A DNA stretch of 64,000 nt, from the NCBI RefSeq assembly GCF_009914755.1, contig NC_060928.1. One strand, given 5' to 3'. The position numbers and the translations under genes are program-made. Shown here piece after piece: positions 1-11,800 of this stretch. Below the pieces are notes generated by a model. It had not been told where the DNA came from. It searched no databases and was given only the letters and a program-made list of their open reading frames with translations. The stretch comes from the human T2T-CHM13v2.0 reference genome, Homo sapiens. Each line of letters begins with the position of its first letter. Positions within the stretch are counted from its first letter, which is position 1.

Positions 1-1463
1 TCGACAATAGTTCCAAGTGGCCAGAGAATGGCATTTTCGATTTGTCCATCCTACAAGACCTAGATAATTTTTGTCGAAACTTGGGCAAATGGTCTGAGCT
101 GCCTTATGTCCACGCAATTTTTATACTTCACTCTCTCCCTAGTCTCTGCTCCCAATGTGACTTGTCCCACATTTTCCTTCTTTCTCTCCTGTCCACTCCT
201 TCAGTCTAAACCCCTAGCTCAGAGTCCTCTGAAACCTTCTTTTCCACTGACCCGTCTAATCTCTCTTCTCCTCCCGTAGTTGCTCCTTGCCAGGCTGAAT
301 AGGGTCCCAGGCTGAATCAGGTCCCAATTCTTCAGTAGCCTCTGCTCCCCCACCCTATAACCCTTCTATTACCTCCCATCCTCACACCCTGTCTGGCTTA
401 CAGTTTCGTTCCATGACTAGCTCTCTTCGACCTGCCCAACAATCTCCTCTTAGAGAGGTGGCTAGAGCTGAAAACATAGTCAGGGTACATGTGCCTTTTT
501 CTCTATCAGATCTTTCCCAAATCAGCCAGCGTTTAGGCTGTTTCTCATCAGACCCCACTAAATATATACAGGAATTCCGATATCTAACTCAGTCCTACAA
601 TTTAACCTGGAGTGACTTAAATGTCATCCTGACCTCTACCTTCTCCCTAGATGAATGAGAAAGAGTTTATTTTTTAGCCCAGTCCAGTCAGACACCTGCC
701 AGCTTCATGAGCCAGGCCTCCAAGAGGGCACCAGGGCAGTTTCCTGAGAGGATCCCCATTGGCAATACCAGATGGACTCCCCAGGTATAGCTAGGCAAGA
801 TTACATGGTCTCCTGCTTAGTCAAGGGACTCAAAAAGGCAGCATACAAAGCTGTTAATTATGGCAAGCTAAAGGAAACTACCCAAGGTAAAGATGAAAAC
901 CTAGCCCAGTTCATGGTCTGCTTAGCAGCTACCCTTAGACACTTTACAGCCCTAGACTCAGAGGGGCCAGAAGGCCACCTTATTCTTAATATGCATTTTA
1001 TCACCCAATCTGCTCCTGACATTAGAAAAAATCTCCAAAAGTTGGATTCTATCCCCCCCCCGCAACAGGATGTAATCAAACTCGCCTCTCTGTTCAATAA
1101 CAGAGAAGAAGCCGCCGAGTGGCAACGTAGCTCTGAGTTACAGCTACTGGCCTCCATGTAAAACAACCCACAACCATGTCTCCAGCATACAAAACCTTCA
1201 GAACATCCAAGCCACCTTTCCCAGGGGATCCTTCAAATCCTCTTTGTGGACCTTACTTCAAATGACAAAAGTCTGGCCACTGGGCCTTGAAATGCCCTCA
1301 GCCCAGGATTTCTCCTAAGCCATGCCCTGTCTGTACGGGCCCCCACTGGAAGTCAGACTCTCTCACTCACATCACCACAGCTCCTAAAGCTCGTGGAGCT
1401 CAAACCCAATGTTTCTTGGCCGTCTCCTTCACAGATCTCCTCGGCTTAGCGGCTGAAGACTGA
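1..1463 (+). pseudogene. gag: HERV-H gag, disrupted (MA/CA/NC remnants)
   Basis: ORF 413-658 VRVHVPFSLSDLSQI...SDPTKYIQEF (CA N-terminus). ORF 772-1161 QGKDENLAQFM..L (MHR) and HFITQSAPDIRK. Degenerate zinc knuckles at about 1251-1360. Terminal TGA at 1461-1463. Several internal stops and frameshifts. Confidence 0.9.
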
Positions 1464-1802
1464 TGCTGCCCAATAGCCTCAGAAGCCCCCTGGACCATCA
1501 CAGATGCCGAGCTTCAGGTAACTCTTATAGTGGAGGGTAAGTCCATCACCTGTTTAATTGATATGGGGGCTACCCATTCCACATTACCTTCTTTTCAAGG
1601 ACCTGTTTCCCTTGCCCCCATAACTGTTGTGGGTATTGACAGCCAGGCTTCTAGACCCCTTAAAACTCCCCAACTCTGGTGTCAACTTGGACAACATTCT
1701 TTTATGCACTCTTTTTTAGTTATCCCCACTTGCCCAGTTCCCTTATTAGGTCGAGGCATTTTAACTAAATTATCTGCTTCCCTGACTATTCCTGGACTAT
1801 AG
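1464..1802 (+). pseudogene. pro: Retroviral aspartyl protease; active site DTG changed to DMG
   Basis: ORF 1530-1802 contains CLIDMGATHS and PLLGRGIL (LLGRD motif altered); it follows the gag TGA in frame. Confidence 0.88.
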
Positions 1803-4800
1803 CCACACCTCATTGCTGCCCTTTTACCCAATTCAAGGCCTCCTTTGAATCCTTCTCTTTTGTCTCCCTATGTTAATCCACAAGTATGAGATACCTCTAG
1901 TCCCTCCTTGGCAACCAATCAGGCACCCCTTACCATCCCATTAAAACCTAGTCACCCTTACTCTGCTCAATGCCAGTATGCCATCCCACAACAGGCTTTA
2001 AGAGGACTAAAGCCTGTTATCACTCACCTGTTACAGCATGGCCTTTTAAAGCCTACAAATTCTCCTTACAACTCCCATTTCCTACCTGTCCAGAAACTGG
2101 ACAAATCTTACAGATTGGTTCAGGATCTTCTCCTTGTTAAACAAATTGACTTACCTATCCATCCTGTGGTGCCAAACCCATATAGTCTCCTATCCTCAAT
2201 ACCTCCCTCCACAACTCATTATTCTGTCCTTGACCTCAAAGATGCTTTCTTCACTATTCCTTTGCACCCCTCATCCTAACCTCTTTTCACTTTCACATAG
2301 ACTGACGCTCACATCCACCAATCTCAGCAACTCACCTGGACTGTACAGCTGCAAGTCTTCAGAGACAGCCCCCATTACTTTAGTCAAGCTCTATCTCCTT
2401 ATTTCTTTCCCTCCACTTGTTTCTCACGTTATTCAATATATGGACGACATTCTCCTCGGCAGCCCCTCTTACGAATCTTTCCCACAGGATACCCCTCCCT
2501 GCTCCTTAAACATCTATTATCAAAGGGGTATCAGGTATACCCCTCTAAAGCCCAAATTTCTTCCCCATCTGTTACCTATCTTGGCATAGTCCTTCATCAA
2601 AACACATGTGCTCTCCCTGCTAACCATGTCCGGCTAATCTCTGCTTCTACAAAGCAACAACTCCTTTCCTTCCTAGGCATGGTTGGATACTTTCGGCTTT
2701 GGATACCAGGTTTTGCCATCCTAACTAAACCACTATATAAACTCACAAAAGGAAACCTGACTGACCCAATAGACCCTAAGTCCTTTCCCCACTCTTCTTT
2801 TCATTCCTTAAAGACAGCCCTAGAAACAGCTCTCACATTAGCACTCCGGAACTCGTCCCAATCCTTCTTCTTACATACAGCTGAAATACAATGCTGTGTG
2901 GTCGGAGTTCTTACACAGGAACCAGGCCCACAACCTGTAGCCTTCCTATCCAAACAACTTAACCTCACAGTTCTAGGCTGGCCCTCATGTCTACGTGCAG
3001 TAGCAGCCGCCGCTTCAATACTACTAGAGTCCCTCCAGATCACAAACCATGCCCCATTTACTCTCTATAGCTCTCATAACTTTCAGAATCTATTTTCCTT
3101 CTCACACTTGGCACATATACTTTCTGTTCTCAGACTCCTCCAACTGTACTCACTATTCGTTGAAACTCCCACAGTTACCATTGTTCCTGGCACAGACTTT
3201 GGCCCAGCCTCCCACCTTATACCTAGCACCAAACCTGAACTGCATGACTGTATATCTCTAATCCATATGGCATCCTCCCCATTTCCCCATATTTTCCTCT
3301 TCCCTGTTCCTAATCCAGACCACACTTGGTTTATTGATGGTCGTTCTTCAAAGCCGAATCGTCAGTCACTGGCAAGAGCTGGCTATGCTGTAGTGTCTTC
3401 CACATCTGTCACTGAAGCTACTGCCTGCCCCCTTCCACTACCTCTCAACAAGCTGAACTCTGCTTTAACCTGAGTTCTCACCCTTGCAAAGGGACTATGT
3501 GTCAGTATCTACACTGATTCCAAGTATGCCTTCCACATCCTACATCACCATGCTGTTATGCTGGCAGAAAGAGGTTTTCTCACTACAGAAGGGTCCTCCA
3601 TCATCAATGCTTCCTTAATAAAAATCCTCCTTAAGGCTGCTCTACTTCTCAAGGAAGCCAGAGTCATTCACTGAAGGGCATCAGAGGTCACCAGATCCCA
3701 TTGCTCGAGGCAACGCTTATGCTGATAATGCAGCAAAAGAAGCAGCTAGTATTCCCACATCTGTCCCTCGTGGCCAGTTTTTTTTTCCTTCTCCTCTATC
3801 ACTCCCACCTATTCTCCCACTGAAACTATTACCTATCAATCCCTTCCTACTTATAAGGCAAATGGTTGTTGGATCAAGGAAAGTTCCTCCTTCCTGCCTC
3901 ACAGGCTTATTCTATCTTATCATCCTTTCATAACCTCTTTCATGTGGGTTACAAGCCAATGGCCCAACTGTTAGAATCTCTAATTTCTTTTCCATCATGG
4001 ACATCCATCCTCAAGGAAATTACTTCTCAGTATTCCATCTGCTACTCTACCACCCCTTGGGGATAACTTAGGTCCTCTCCCTTTCCTACACATCAAGCTT
4101 GAGGATTTGTCCCCCACCCAAGACTGGCAGATTGACTTTACCCATATGCCCCATGTCAAAAAACCAAGATAGCTTTTGTTCTGGGTAGATACATTCACTG
4201 GATGGGTAGAGGCCTTTCCCACAGGGTCTGAGAAGGCCACCACGGCCATTTCTTCCCTTCTGTCAGACATATTTCCTCAGTTTGGCCTTCCCACTTCTAT
4301 ACAGTCCGATAACGGACCCGCCTTCATTAGTCAGGTCACTCAAGCAGTCTCCCAAGTGCTTGGCATCCAGTGGAAACTTCATGCCCCCCACCATCCTCAA
4401 TCTTCAGGAAAGGTAGAAAGAACTAATGGTCTTTTAAAAACTTACCCCACCAACCTCAGCCTCCAACTTAAAAAAGACTGGACAGTACTTTTACCGTTTG
4501 CCCTCCTTAGAACTAGAGGCTGTCCTCAAGAAGCTACAGGGTATAGTCCATTTGAACTTTTATATGGATGCACCTTCTTTTTGGGCCCCAACTTCATGCC
4601 AGACACCAGCCCTCTAGGCGACTATCTTCCAGTCCTCAAGCAGGCTAGACAGGAAATTCGGCAGGCTGCTAATCTTCTCTTGCCTACTCCAGATTCCCAG
4701 CCATATGAAGATACCCTAGCTGGACAATCAATTCTTGTTAAGAATACGACCCCTCAAACTCTACAACCTCAATGGACTGGACCCTACTTAGTCATCTATG

Positions 4801-4967
4801 GTACCCCAACTGCTGTCTGCCTGCAGGACCCTCCCCACTGTGTTCACCTTTCCAGAATAAAGCTGTGTCTGTTGGACAGCCAGACTCATCTCTCCTCTTC
4901 CTCCTGGAAGTCGCAAGTACTCTCCGCTACTTCCCTTAAACTCACTCACATTTCTGAAGAACAGTAA
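1803..4967 (+). pseudogene. pol: HERV-H pol (RT, RNase H, integrase), frameshifted with stops
   Basis: RT: YRLVQDL, LDLKDAFF, QYMDDILL (YMDD at 2437-2448). RNase H: WFIDG and IYTDSKYAF. Integrase: DWQIDFT, SDNGPAF-(35 aa)-E, and a WTGPY C-terminal motif in ORF 4176-4967. Confidence 0.93.
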
Positions 4968-7010
4968 TAACCCTTATTAGCCTAATACATCCCTTCATTC
5001 TATTAGCTCTCTTCTTCCTTTCCCTACTTTTTGCAACAGGGCTTTACGCAGTCACCCCCACTACTTGGACTGAGCCCCCAAAACTTGTTATCTCTATCAT
5101 CTGTCTAGTCATACTCCTATTCACCATTCTCAACTATTCACAAATGCCCTGCCCTTGTTTACACTGCCAGTTTACACTTTTCCTCCAAATCATCATCACT
5201 GATATCTCCTGGTTTTACCTTAAACTGCCACCTTAACTCTCTCTTGGAGTGGATAGAAGATCTTCAGTGACAAGGTACACTCCAATTCTTCTATCCTGAT
5301 GAAGTCCTTATTTTTACTTTTCTACTCACTCTTATCCTTGCCCCCATTCTCCAGTCTCTCTACCTCTCCCTAGTTACCTCTAGCATACTATCAATCTCAC
5401 CCACTCTCTGCTTACTGTCTCCAATCCTTCTCTAGCAAAGAATTGTTGACTATGTGTTTCCCTTTCTTCCTGCTCTTATGCAATCATCCCCGCTCTGTAG
5501 GATGACTAGGCTACCTCTCCTGTCTCACTGCACCTCCGAACCTCCTTTAATAGCCTTCATCTTTACCTGCCTGAGGAACTTCTTTACTTTCTAGACAGAT
5601 TTGGTGAGAACTCCCTATACATTTCGCACCAACAAGGTGCCACACTTCTCCACACCTACTTACAGCTTCTTTCTTCTTATGTCAATTCCACCCCCCACCC
5701 CCCAATATTTGGACCCCTAACCACACAGAAAACTATCCCTGTTGCCACTGCTTTATGTGTCTCCTGACAACAGCCTATGGGAATCCCTTTAGGCAACCTT
5801 CCACCATCCAAATGTTCCTGTACTCTATCTCCAGAACCCGGCCACATACATCACCAAACAGATAGGAGGATTCCAACTTTGCATTACTGATAAGCCCTCT
5901 ATCATTATTGACAAACCAAAAAAACATTGGCAGTCACTATTGTTTAGGAAGACACCTACCCTGCATCTCACTCCATCCTTGGCTACCCTCCCCTTGCTCA
6001 TCTGACTTTCCTCTTGGCCCCTCCTCTTGCTTGCTTATACCCAGCCCCATGAATAGCAGTGAAAGATTACTTGTAGACACTATGCGATTTCTCATACACC
6101 GTGAGAATCGAACATCTCCCTCTATGCAGTTGCACCATTAATGCCCATTGCAACCTCAAATGGCTGCTGCCCTTGCTGGATCTCTACGATTTTGTTAGCA
6201 GGACTCCTCCTTCAGTACACCCTCTCACCTTTCCACTTTACATTTCTAGTTCTGCCTGACACAAAATCGCTTTTTTTAATGTGGCTCTTCCACCTACATG
6301 TGCCTACCTGCCAACTGGTTGGGAACATATACTCTAGTCTTCTTTACCCCCAAAATCCAGCTTGCAGATGGGAATGAACAACTGCCTGTCCCCCTCATGA
6401 CACCAACACAACAAAAAAGAGTCATCCCACTAATCCCTTTACTTGTGGGTCTAGGACTTTCTGCCACCGCTACTGCACTTGGAACTGGAATAGCAGGCAT
6501 CTCAACCTTTGTCACAACATTCCGCAGCCTCTCTAATGACTTCTCTGCTAGCATTACAGATATATCACAAACTTTATCTGTCTTCCAAGCCCAGGTTGAC
6601 TCTTTAGCTGTAGTTGTCCTCCAGAACCGCTGAGGCCTCGATTTACTCACTGCTGAAAAAGGAGGACACTGTATATTTCTTAACAAAGAGTGTTGTTTTT
6701 ACTTAATCTGGCCTGGTATATGATAACATGAAAAACTCAAAGACAAAGCTCAAAAACTCGCCAATCAGGCAACTAATTATGGTGGACCCACCTGGCCACT
6801 CTCTAACTGGGTATCCTGGCTTCTTCCAGTCGTTAGTCCTCTAATACCTATCTTCCTCCTTCTCTTATTCCGGCCTGTGTCTCCCGATTCATCTCTCAAT
6901 TCCTACAAAACCACATCCAGGCTATCACTAATCACTCTATGTGATAAATGCTGCTTTTAACAACCCCACAATATGACCCCTTACCCCAAAACCTTAGTTC
7001 AGTCTAGTCT
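4968..7010 (+). pseudogene. env: HERV-H env, disrupted (boundaries approximate)
   Basis: CWLC motif read as C*LC (5444-5455). Cleavage site QQKR (6409-6420). Fusion peptide VIPLIPLLVGLGL. ISD LQNR*GLDLLTAEKGG with a stop at 6631-6633. CX6CC CIFLNKECC. Hydrophobic TM WLLPVVSPLIPIFLLLLF. Confidence 0.9.
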
Positions 7011-7168
7011 CTCCCACTTTAGGTTCCTGAGCTGCCCCTAATCCGGCTTGAAGTAGCCCCGAGAAACGTCGCCCATCACCCCTCCATACGATCCCCAAAA
7101 TTTTCACCCCAAGTTTTCACTACACTTTCTCATTTTATTTCTTCATTATTAACATAAAAAGACAGGAA

Positions 7169-7471
7169 TGTAAGGTCCTCTGGGCTGGCCGCACCATGAT
7201 CAAGCCATTGTGACGTTCCCCCGCCCTTGTGATAATGTACTTTGTGATATTCCCCGTCCTTGAGAATGTACTTTGTAACATCCATCCCCTGCCCACAAAA
7301 AATTGCTCCTGACTCCACTGCCTATCCCAAACCTATAAGAACCAATGACAATCCCACCACCCTTCACTGACTCCTTTCCCGGACTCAGCCCACTTGCACC
7401 CAAGTGAACAAACAGCCTTGTTGCTCACACTAAGCCTGCTCAGGTGGTCTCTTATATGGATGTGCATAACA
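7169..7471 (+). mobile_element. HERV-H 3' LTR, LTR7C-like (303 bp)
   Basis: Begins TGTAAGG right after the PPT and ends CATAACA. Tandem ~31-bp ccttg..aatgtactttgt repeats, TATAAG at 7334-7339, and LTR7-type R/U5 (cagccttgttgctcacac). The subfamily call is from recalled consensus. Confidence 0.8.
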
Positions 7472-8421
7472 GTTATAGTACACTAATATAATCATATTAA
7501 TAGTATTAGCACAATATAAAAATGTATTATACTAATTATGTAGTAGTATACTAATAATACTATTAGTATAATTAATTATACAGTACAATAATATACAATG
7601 TATATTATTTACTTTTGTTCTCTTTAAAAAGTCATTTTATGGTGAAAATCTACAAATATTGAGTTTCATATTTTTTCCCATGTTAGTGTTTTGTTTTGTT
7701 CTTAACACTCTATGGTGAACATTTGCAAAAGGTTTTTCTGTTGTTATTGTTTGTTTGTTTTTTACAAATAATGATCATTTTAAACTTTAGATTAACTGAA
7801 AAAACAAACAAAAACTGTTCATTTTGGGTAGAATTCACAGCACTTTAGGCAAAGTCAGGAGTAAGGGACAAATTATTTCAAAATGTTCCATTGTGGACTT
7901 TGTAATGTCTATTTTTCTCTTTCAGAAATATGATTCTGTCATTTAAAGTGCTTTTTAAAGAAATTATATTTTTTCTACTTCTATTGCAGTTGAGAGCATT
8001 CATTTGAACAACTTTGGGGCAATTAGATGTAAACAGAATTTATGCCTGCGAAGCTCTTTAAATGAGGAGACACAGGTGGTATAAACTTTTGTCATTTACT
8101 CTATTTCTTCTTACCTAAAATTGAGATTTGATGCCATAGGTGAAACAACCTGCCAGTTACCATGAAGCATTGAGTGTGAACTTAAAACTGTACGCTCAGA
8201 TAGCTAAATGGAAAGATAGGAAAAGCCAGTATTCCCAAAGATAATTTAGTGCTGCTATTCCAGACCCCATATGAAAACCTCTAGACTTCTTATATGTAAA
8301 TAACAAAATAACTGGGTTAAAACTGTCATTTCTATTCACTCAAGACATACTTAGTCTTATCTGATAAACCAGATTCTACCACCACCACCACAACAAAAAC
8401 AAGAATATTAAAACTGATTCT

Positions 8422-8500
8422 GGCTACTCTGTGCACACTGCCTGTGGGGTAGCCCTGCTCTGCAAGGAAAAATTAAAAACAAACAAACAAACAAAAAACA
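8422..8500 (+). mobile_element. Short LTR10-like (HERV-I group) R-region fragment with an A-rich tail
   Basis: ggctactctgtgcacactgcctgtggggtagccctgctctgcaagga resembles the recalled LTR10 sequence downstream of the TATA box and is immediately followed by an A/(AAAC)n tail. Confidence 0.55.
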
Positions 8501-8657
8501 GCTATATGCTTCTAATGCCAGAAGAGGTAAGTAGAGGAAAAAGAGAGTGAAAAAATCCCCAAGACTGAAGGAAAACAGGAAGGATGCTGCCTGATGTGAA
8601 ATGCAAGGAAATCAAGATAGTAGAAAAAAATAAACAATCTTCACAATGATACAGAAG

Positions 8658-8778
8658 TATATATATATATATGTATATATATATGTATATGTATATATAT
8701 ATATGTATATGTATATGTATATATATGTATATGTATATATATATGTATATATATATGTATATGTATATATATATGTAT

Positions 8779-8809
<31 letters not shown>

Positions 8810-8814
8810 CATAT
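8658..8814. repeat. (TA)n/(TATATG)n compound microsatellite
   Basis: About 155 bp of alternating pyrimidine-purine repeat seen directly; it produces the YIYIYI ORFs. Confidence 0.98.
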
Positions 8815-11800
8815 TTAGCCGCATAAGCCACTTTACATGAGCTTTTCAAATACCTACAGAAACACAAATGGATAAAGGAAACTCAGGCATAATTAAAAAT
8901 GAAAATAGAAATCTTTGAGTATTATACAAAAAGACAAGAAGAGATAAAGCTTTTTTAACAGGACAGTTATCAACTGCCCTATTTATATGTCTCAAAATTT
9001 CTGAAAGAACTGTGGCTGAAAAATTTATTCATTCAAATTGATATGATATTGTTGAATAACTCCATGGTCAGGTTCTGCCTAAATAAGGACAAGCAGATAC
9101 TATTATTTGTCAATGAATAATTTTCAACACAATAAACATGGGTCTTCCAGCCTGAAGTGAATATTATTTCAAATTTGATAGAGAATTAAGATGTGGAAAT
9201 AAAACAATTATTTTTATCTGGTTGCATTCTCAAATATGGGTACTAATAGAGACTGACTCTCTAAATATTAATAATATTGTGAATGATTTTAAAATGCTAA
9301 TAAATCTGATCTGATTTTGTCATATTTGAAAACTTAAGGTAGGCTAAATTAATCTTATTTTTTAGTCAACTTTAAGCTCACATAGTAAAAATGTTAGTCA
9401 TTGTTACAAAAGATCATTGTGACAGAGGCCTTTTCAAGTTTTATTTATGTAAGAGCTACAAATCTTGTGATCACTTCAGAAAGTGCAAAGAAATCTTTTG
9501 ATTTACTCCATTTTGGTTCTATATCACAGTAAAATATCCAAATATCTTGAAGTGCTTTGACTGGTTTTTTGTACCCCATTCTTAATTAAATCAGGCAAAG
9601 GGAGCATATGAAGTGTATAACATATACTTAGAAAATAAATAGCTCCAGAAAGTTTATTTATCATGGTGACATAATAAGGTACATTATATATTATTGCAAA
9701 AAACTTTTAATATTGTTTATGTCAGGAATGCAGTTCAAGAGAATTCAAAACTGTATTTTTCTATGGTGTTTACAGAACAATCTTTTTTGAAAGACAAAGT
9801 AATTTGAAAGCTTTAATTCTAATATCTCAAAAATGTGCTAGCATATATTGTTAAAAAGTTTTTTGTAAATGACAAGCCAGTTGACATGGCGAATAGTGCT
9901 ACTGATGCAGAAATAATTGTCTTGAATATTGAAAAGTTAGAGGACTAAAAGAACAACACATTAAAATAAATTTTAAGAAGTCTAGTGAAAGCTGACAAAT
10001 ACTTTTAGAAAACTGTTAGTAGAAACTAAGTTATTTGACTCTTAGAAGTTTTTTACTGATAGCTGAGACTAAGAACTGAGAGACAAGAACTTGATTTCTT
10101 GTGATATCTCAAAATCCTGAATTTCCCTATATGCAAAAAACCTGACCATGATTCAGAGAAACATGTGCCTTTTTATATAGCAGGTTATTTAATATTCAAA
10201 TGTTACTACTCTCATATTTTAACATCTGGAGAAAAATGAAATAGATATCATCCTTGTCTGAAAAATCCAAACTCTATTTTACAATTACAAATATAGACAT
10301 ATGCAAAATATCTAAATGATTCTCAAAAGTCGTTTGACAAAAGTGAAAAAAAGTTAAGTAAAACAGTAAAGTTTAGAATATGAGTCAATTGACAATGTGT
10401 GTGACCTGTGCAAATAGATGATCTGTTGAGCTTTGTATAAGATAGACTTTCCCAAGCTACATAAATATGGTTTAATGCTTTTTCCAGAGAATTGCATTTT
10501 AGGCAATATGAATGTATCTTGAAATAAAAGACATTAAGACATAGTCTTCATTTTAATGGAAATAGTCAACGTATGTTGAAACAGGTTCATATTGAAACTA
10601 AATGATCTAAAAATAATTGATAGTAATTTGTTTAGTTTATATTTACATTGACCGTATTTCTGCTCTGAGAACTGGCACAGTTTTCGACATATAACAGATA
10701 GCAGTGAAACCCATGCAAGCACTATTTTCTTGAGAAACCAATGTTAAATCCACATACAATATTATCTACTATCCTAATAATTATGTTGTCCTAATTGTCA
10801 GAGATATGAAATCAGAAAGGGAGCTCTGGACAATTTCTACAATGATAGATTAGGAACTTTAAATTTAGAGTTCCAATATTTCATTTCACAACTTTCCTGG
10901 ACAGAAATTTGAAACCAAGTAAATAAAACATGATCAGTTAATGCAGAATACTGTTAAAATCTGTCAGTGAACCATGGCTCTCCGTTGCCATCATTTGGAA
11001 TCAATGAGCAATTTAAGTGGACAAATATCACAAGAATAGAGGAATCAACCTAAAGGTAACATTTTGGCTACTTTAGGCTATTTTAAAGGAAATTAAGAGT
11101 TGCAAACCTCACTTAAAGGACATGTCTCTTCCTTGGCAAGGCAAAGAAAAGGATGCCAGAGAAAAATGAAAAAAAAAAATGGAAAGGAACAAAATTGGTG
11201 TCATAGTTTATTTGGTCCAGAAACGACAGACAAGGAAATCCATGTCAGTTGCTTAATAAAAATTAGGTTTAGGATTGTATGGAGTAACTTGAAAAGACTG
11301 GCTGCCACCCCTCTAGAAACATAATTAAATGTTATTCGTATCCTAGTCCTTCCAATAGTGAAGTAGGCAGAAACGAGTAAATATGTTTCATATGAATTAA
11401 TCTGGACATCATTTGCAAGTTATTGTTATTACTATAGACTTTTAGCTTTTAGTGCTAAAGAGTAGGTAACAATCCTAAGAGCACAGTACTAATGTGAGTC
11501 AAGATTTGTTTTATTCCTAAGACTGTGCCCTTAACTACTGCACAGCATGGCCTTTCCAGAATGAAGATTTAGAGCCAGGAGAGTTTAGAGATAGGATGAT
11601 CCTCCCTGGTAAGAGACAGGAAAAACCAAGCGGACAAAAGAAAGAGAGCAATCTCCCTTGCTTAGGGCAGAGGCATGCTCTGCTCATCTCTCTTCTCACA
11701 TGTTTTAGTACTCTGGTTGTTATATTAAGATAAACTAAAATAAAGATAAGAAAGAGGAAAGAAGATAATAAAAAATTAAAAACTAAAATGAAAAATAGAT

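Larger units (their letters stand above)
1..7471 (+). mobile_element. HERV-H provirus (5' part outside the window); gag-pro-pol-env-PPT-3'LTR, all genes defective
   Basis: Ordered gammaretroviral motifs: capsid, MHR, two zinc knuckles, protease, RT, RNase H, integrase, env SU/TM. Very C-rich, G-poor plus strand typical of HERV-H. PPT aaaaagacaggaa at 7156-7168 is followed by a TG...CA LTR resembling the LTR7 family. Confidence 0.93.

Noticed and set aside
290-323. 17-bp tandem duplication in gag (ccaggctgaat..ggtc twice)
   Set aside because: Ordinary post-insertion slippage in a dead gene.
1880-5510. Several TGG to TAG/TGA changes suggesting APOBEC3 hypermutation of the HERV-H
   Set aside because: Contexts are mixed, many Trp codons survive, and many other lesions are CpG transitions (DTG to DMG, CGA to TGA). 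A Hypermut-type test against consensus would be needed.
6298-6633. Env TM ORF as a syncytin-like co-opted gene
   Set aside because: Stop inside the ISD, furin site altered to QQKR, CWLC broken and SU frameshifted.
8502-8867. ORFs with YIYIYI / TYIY repeats
   Set aside because: Translations of the (TA)n/(TATATG)n microsatellite, not genes.
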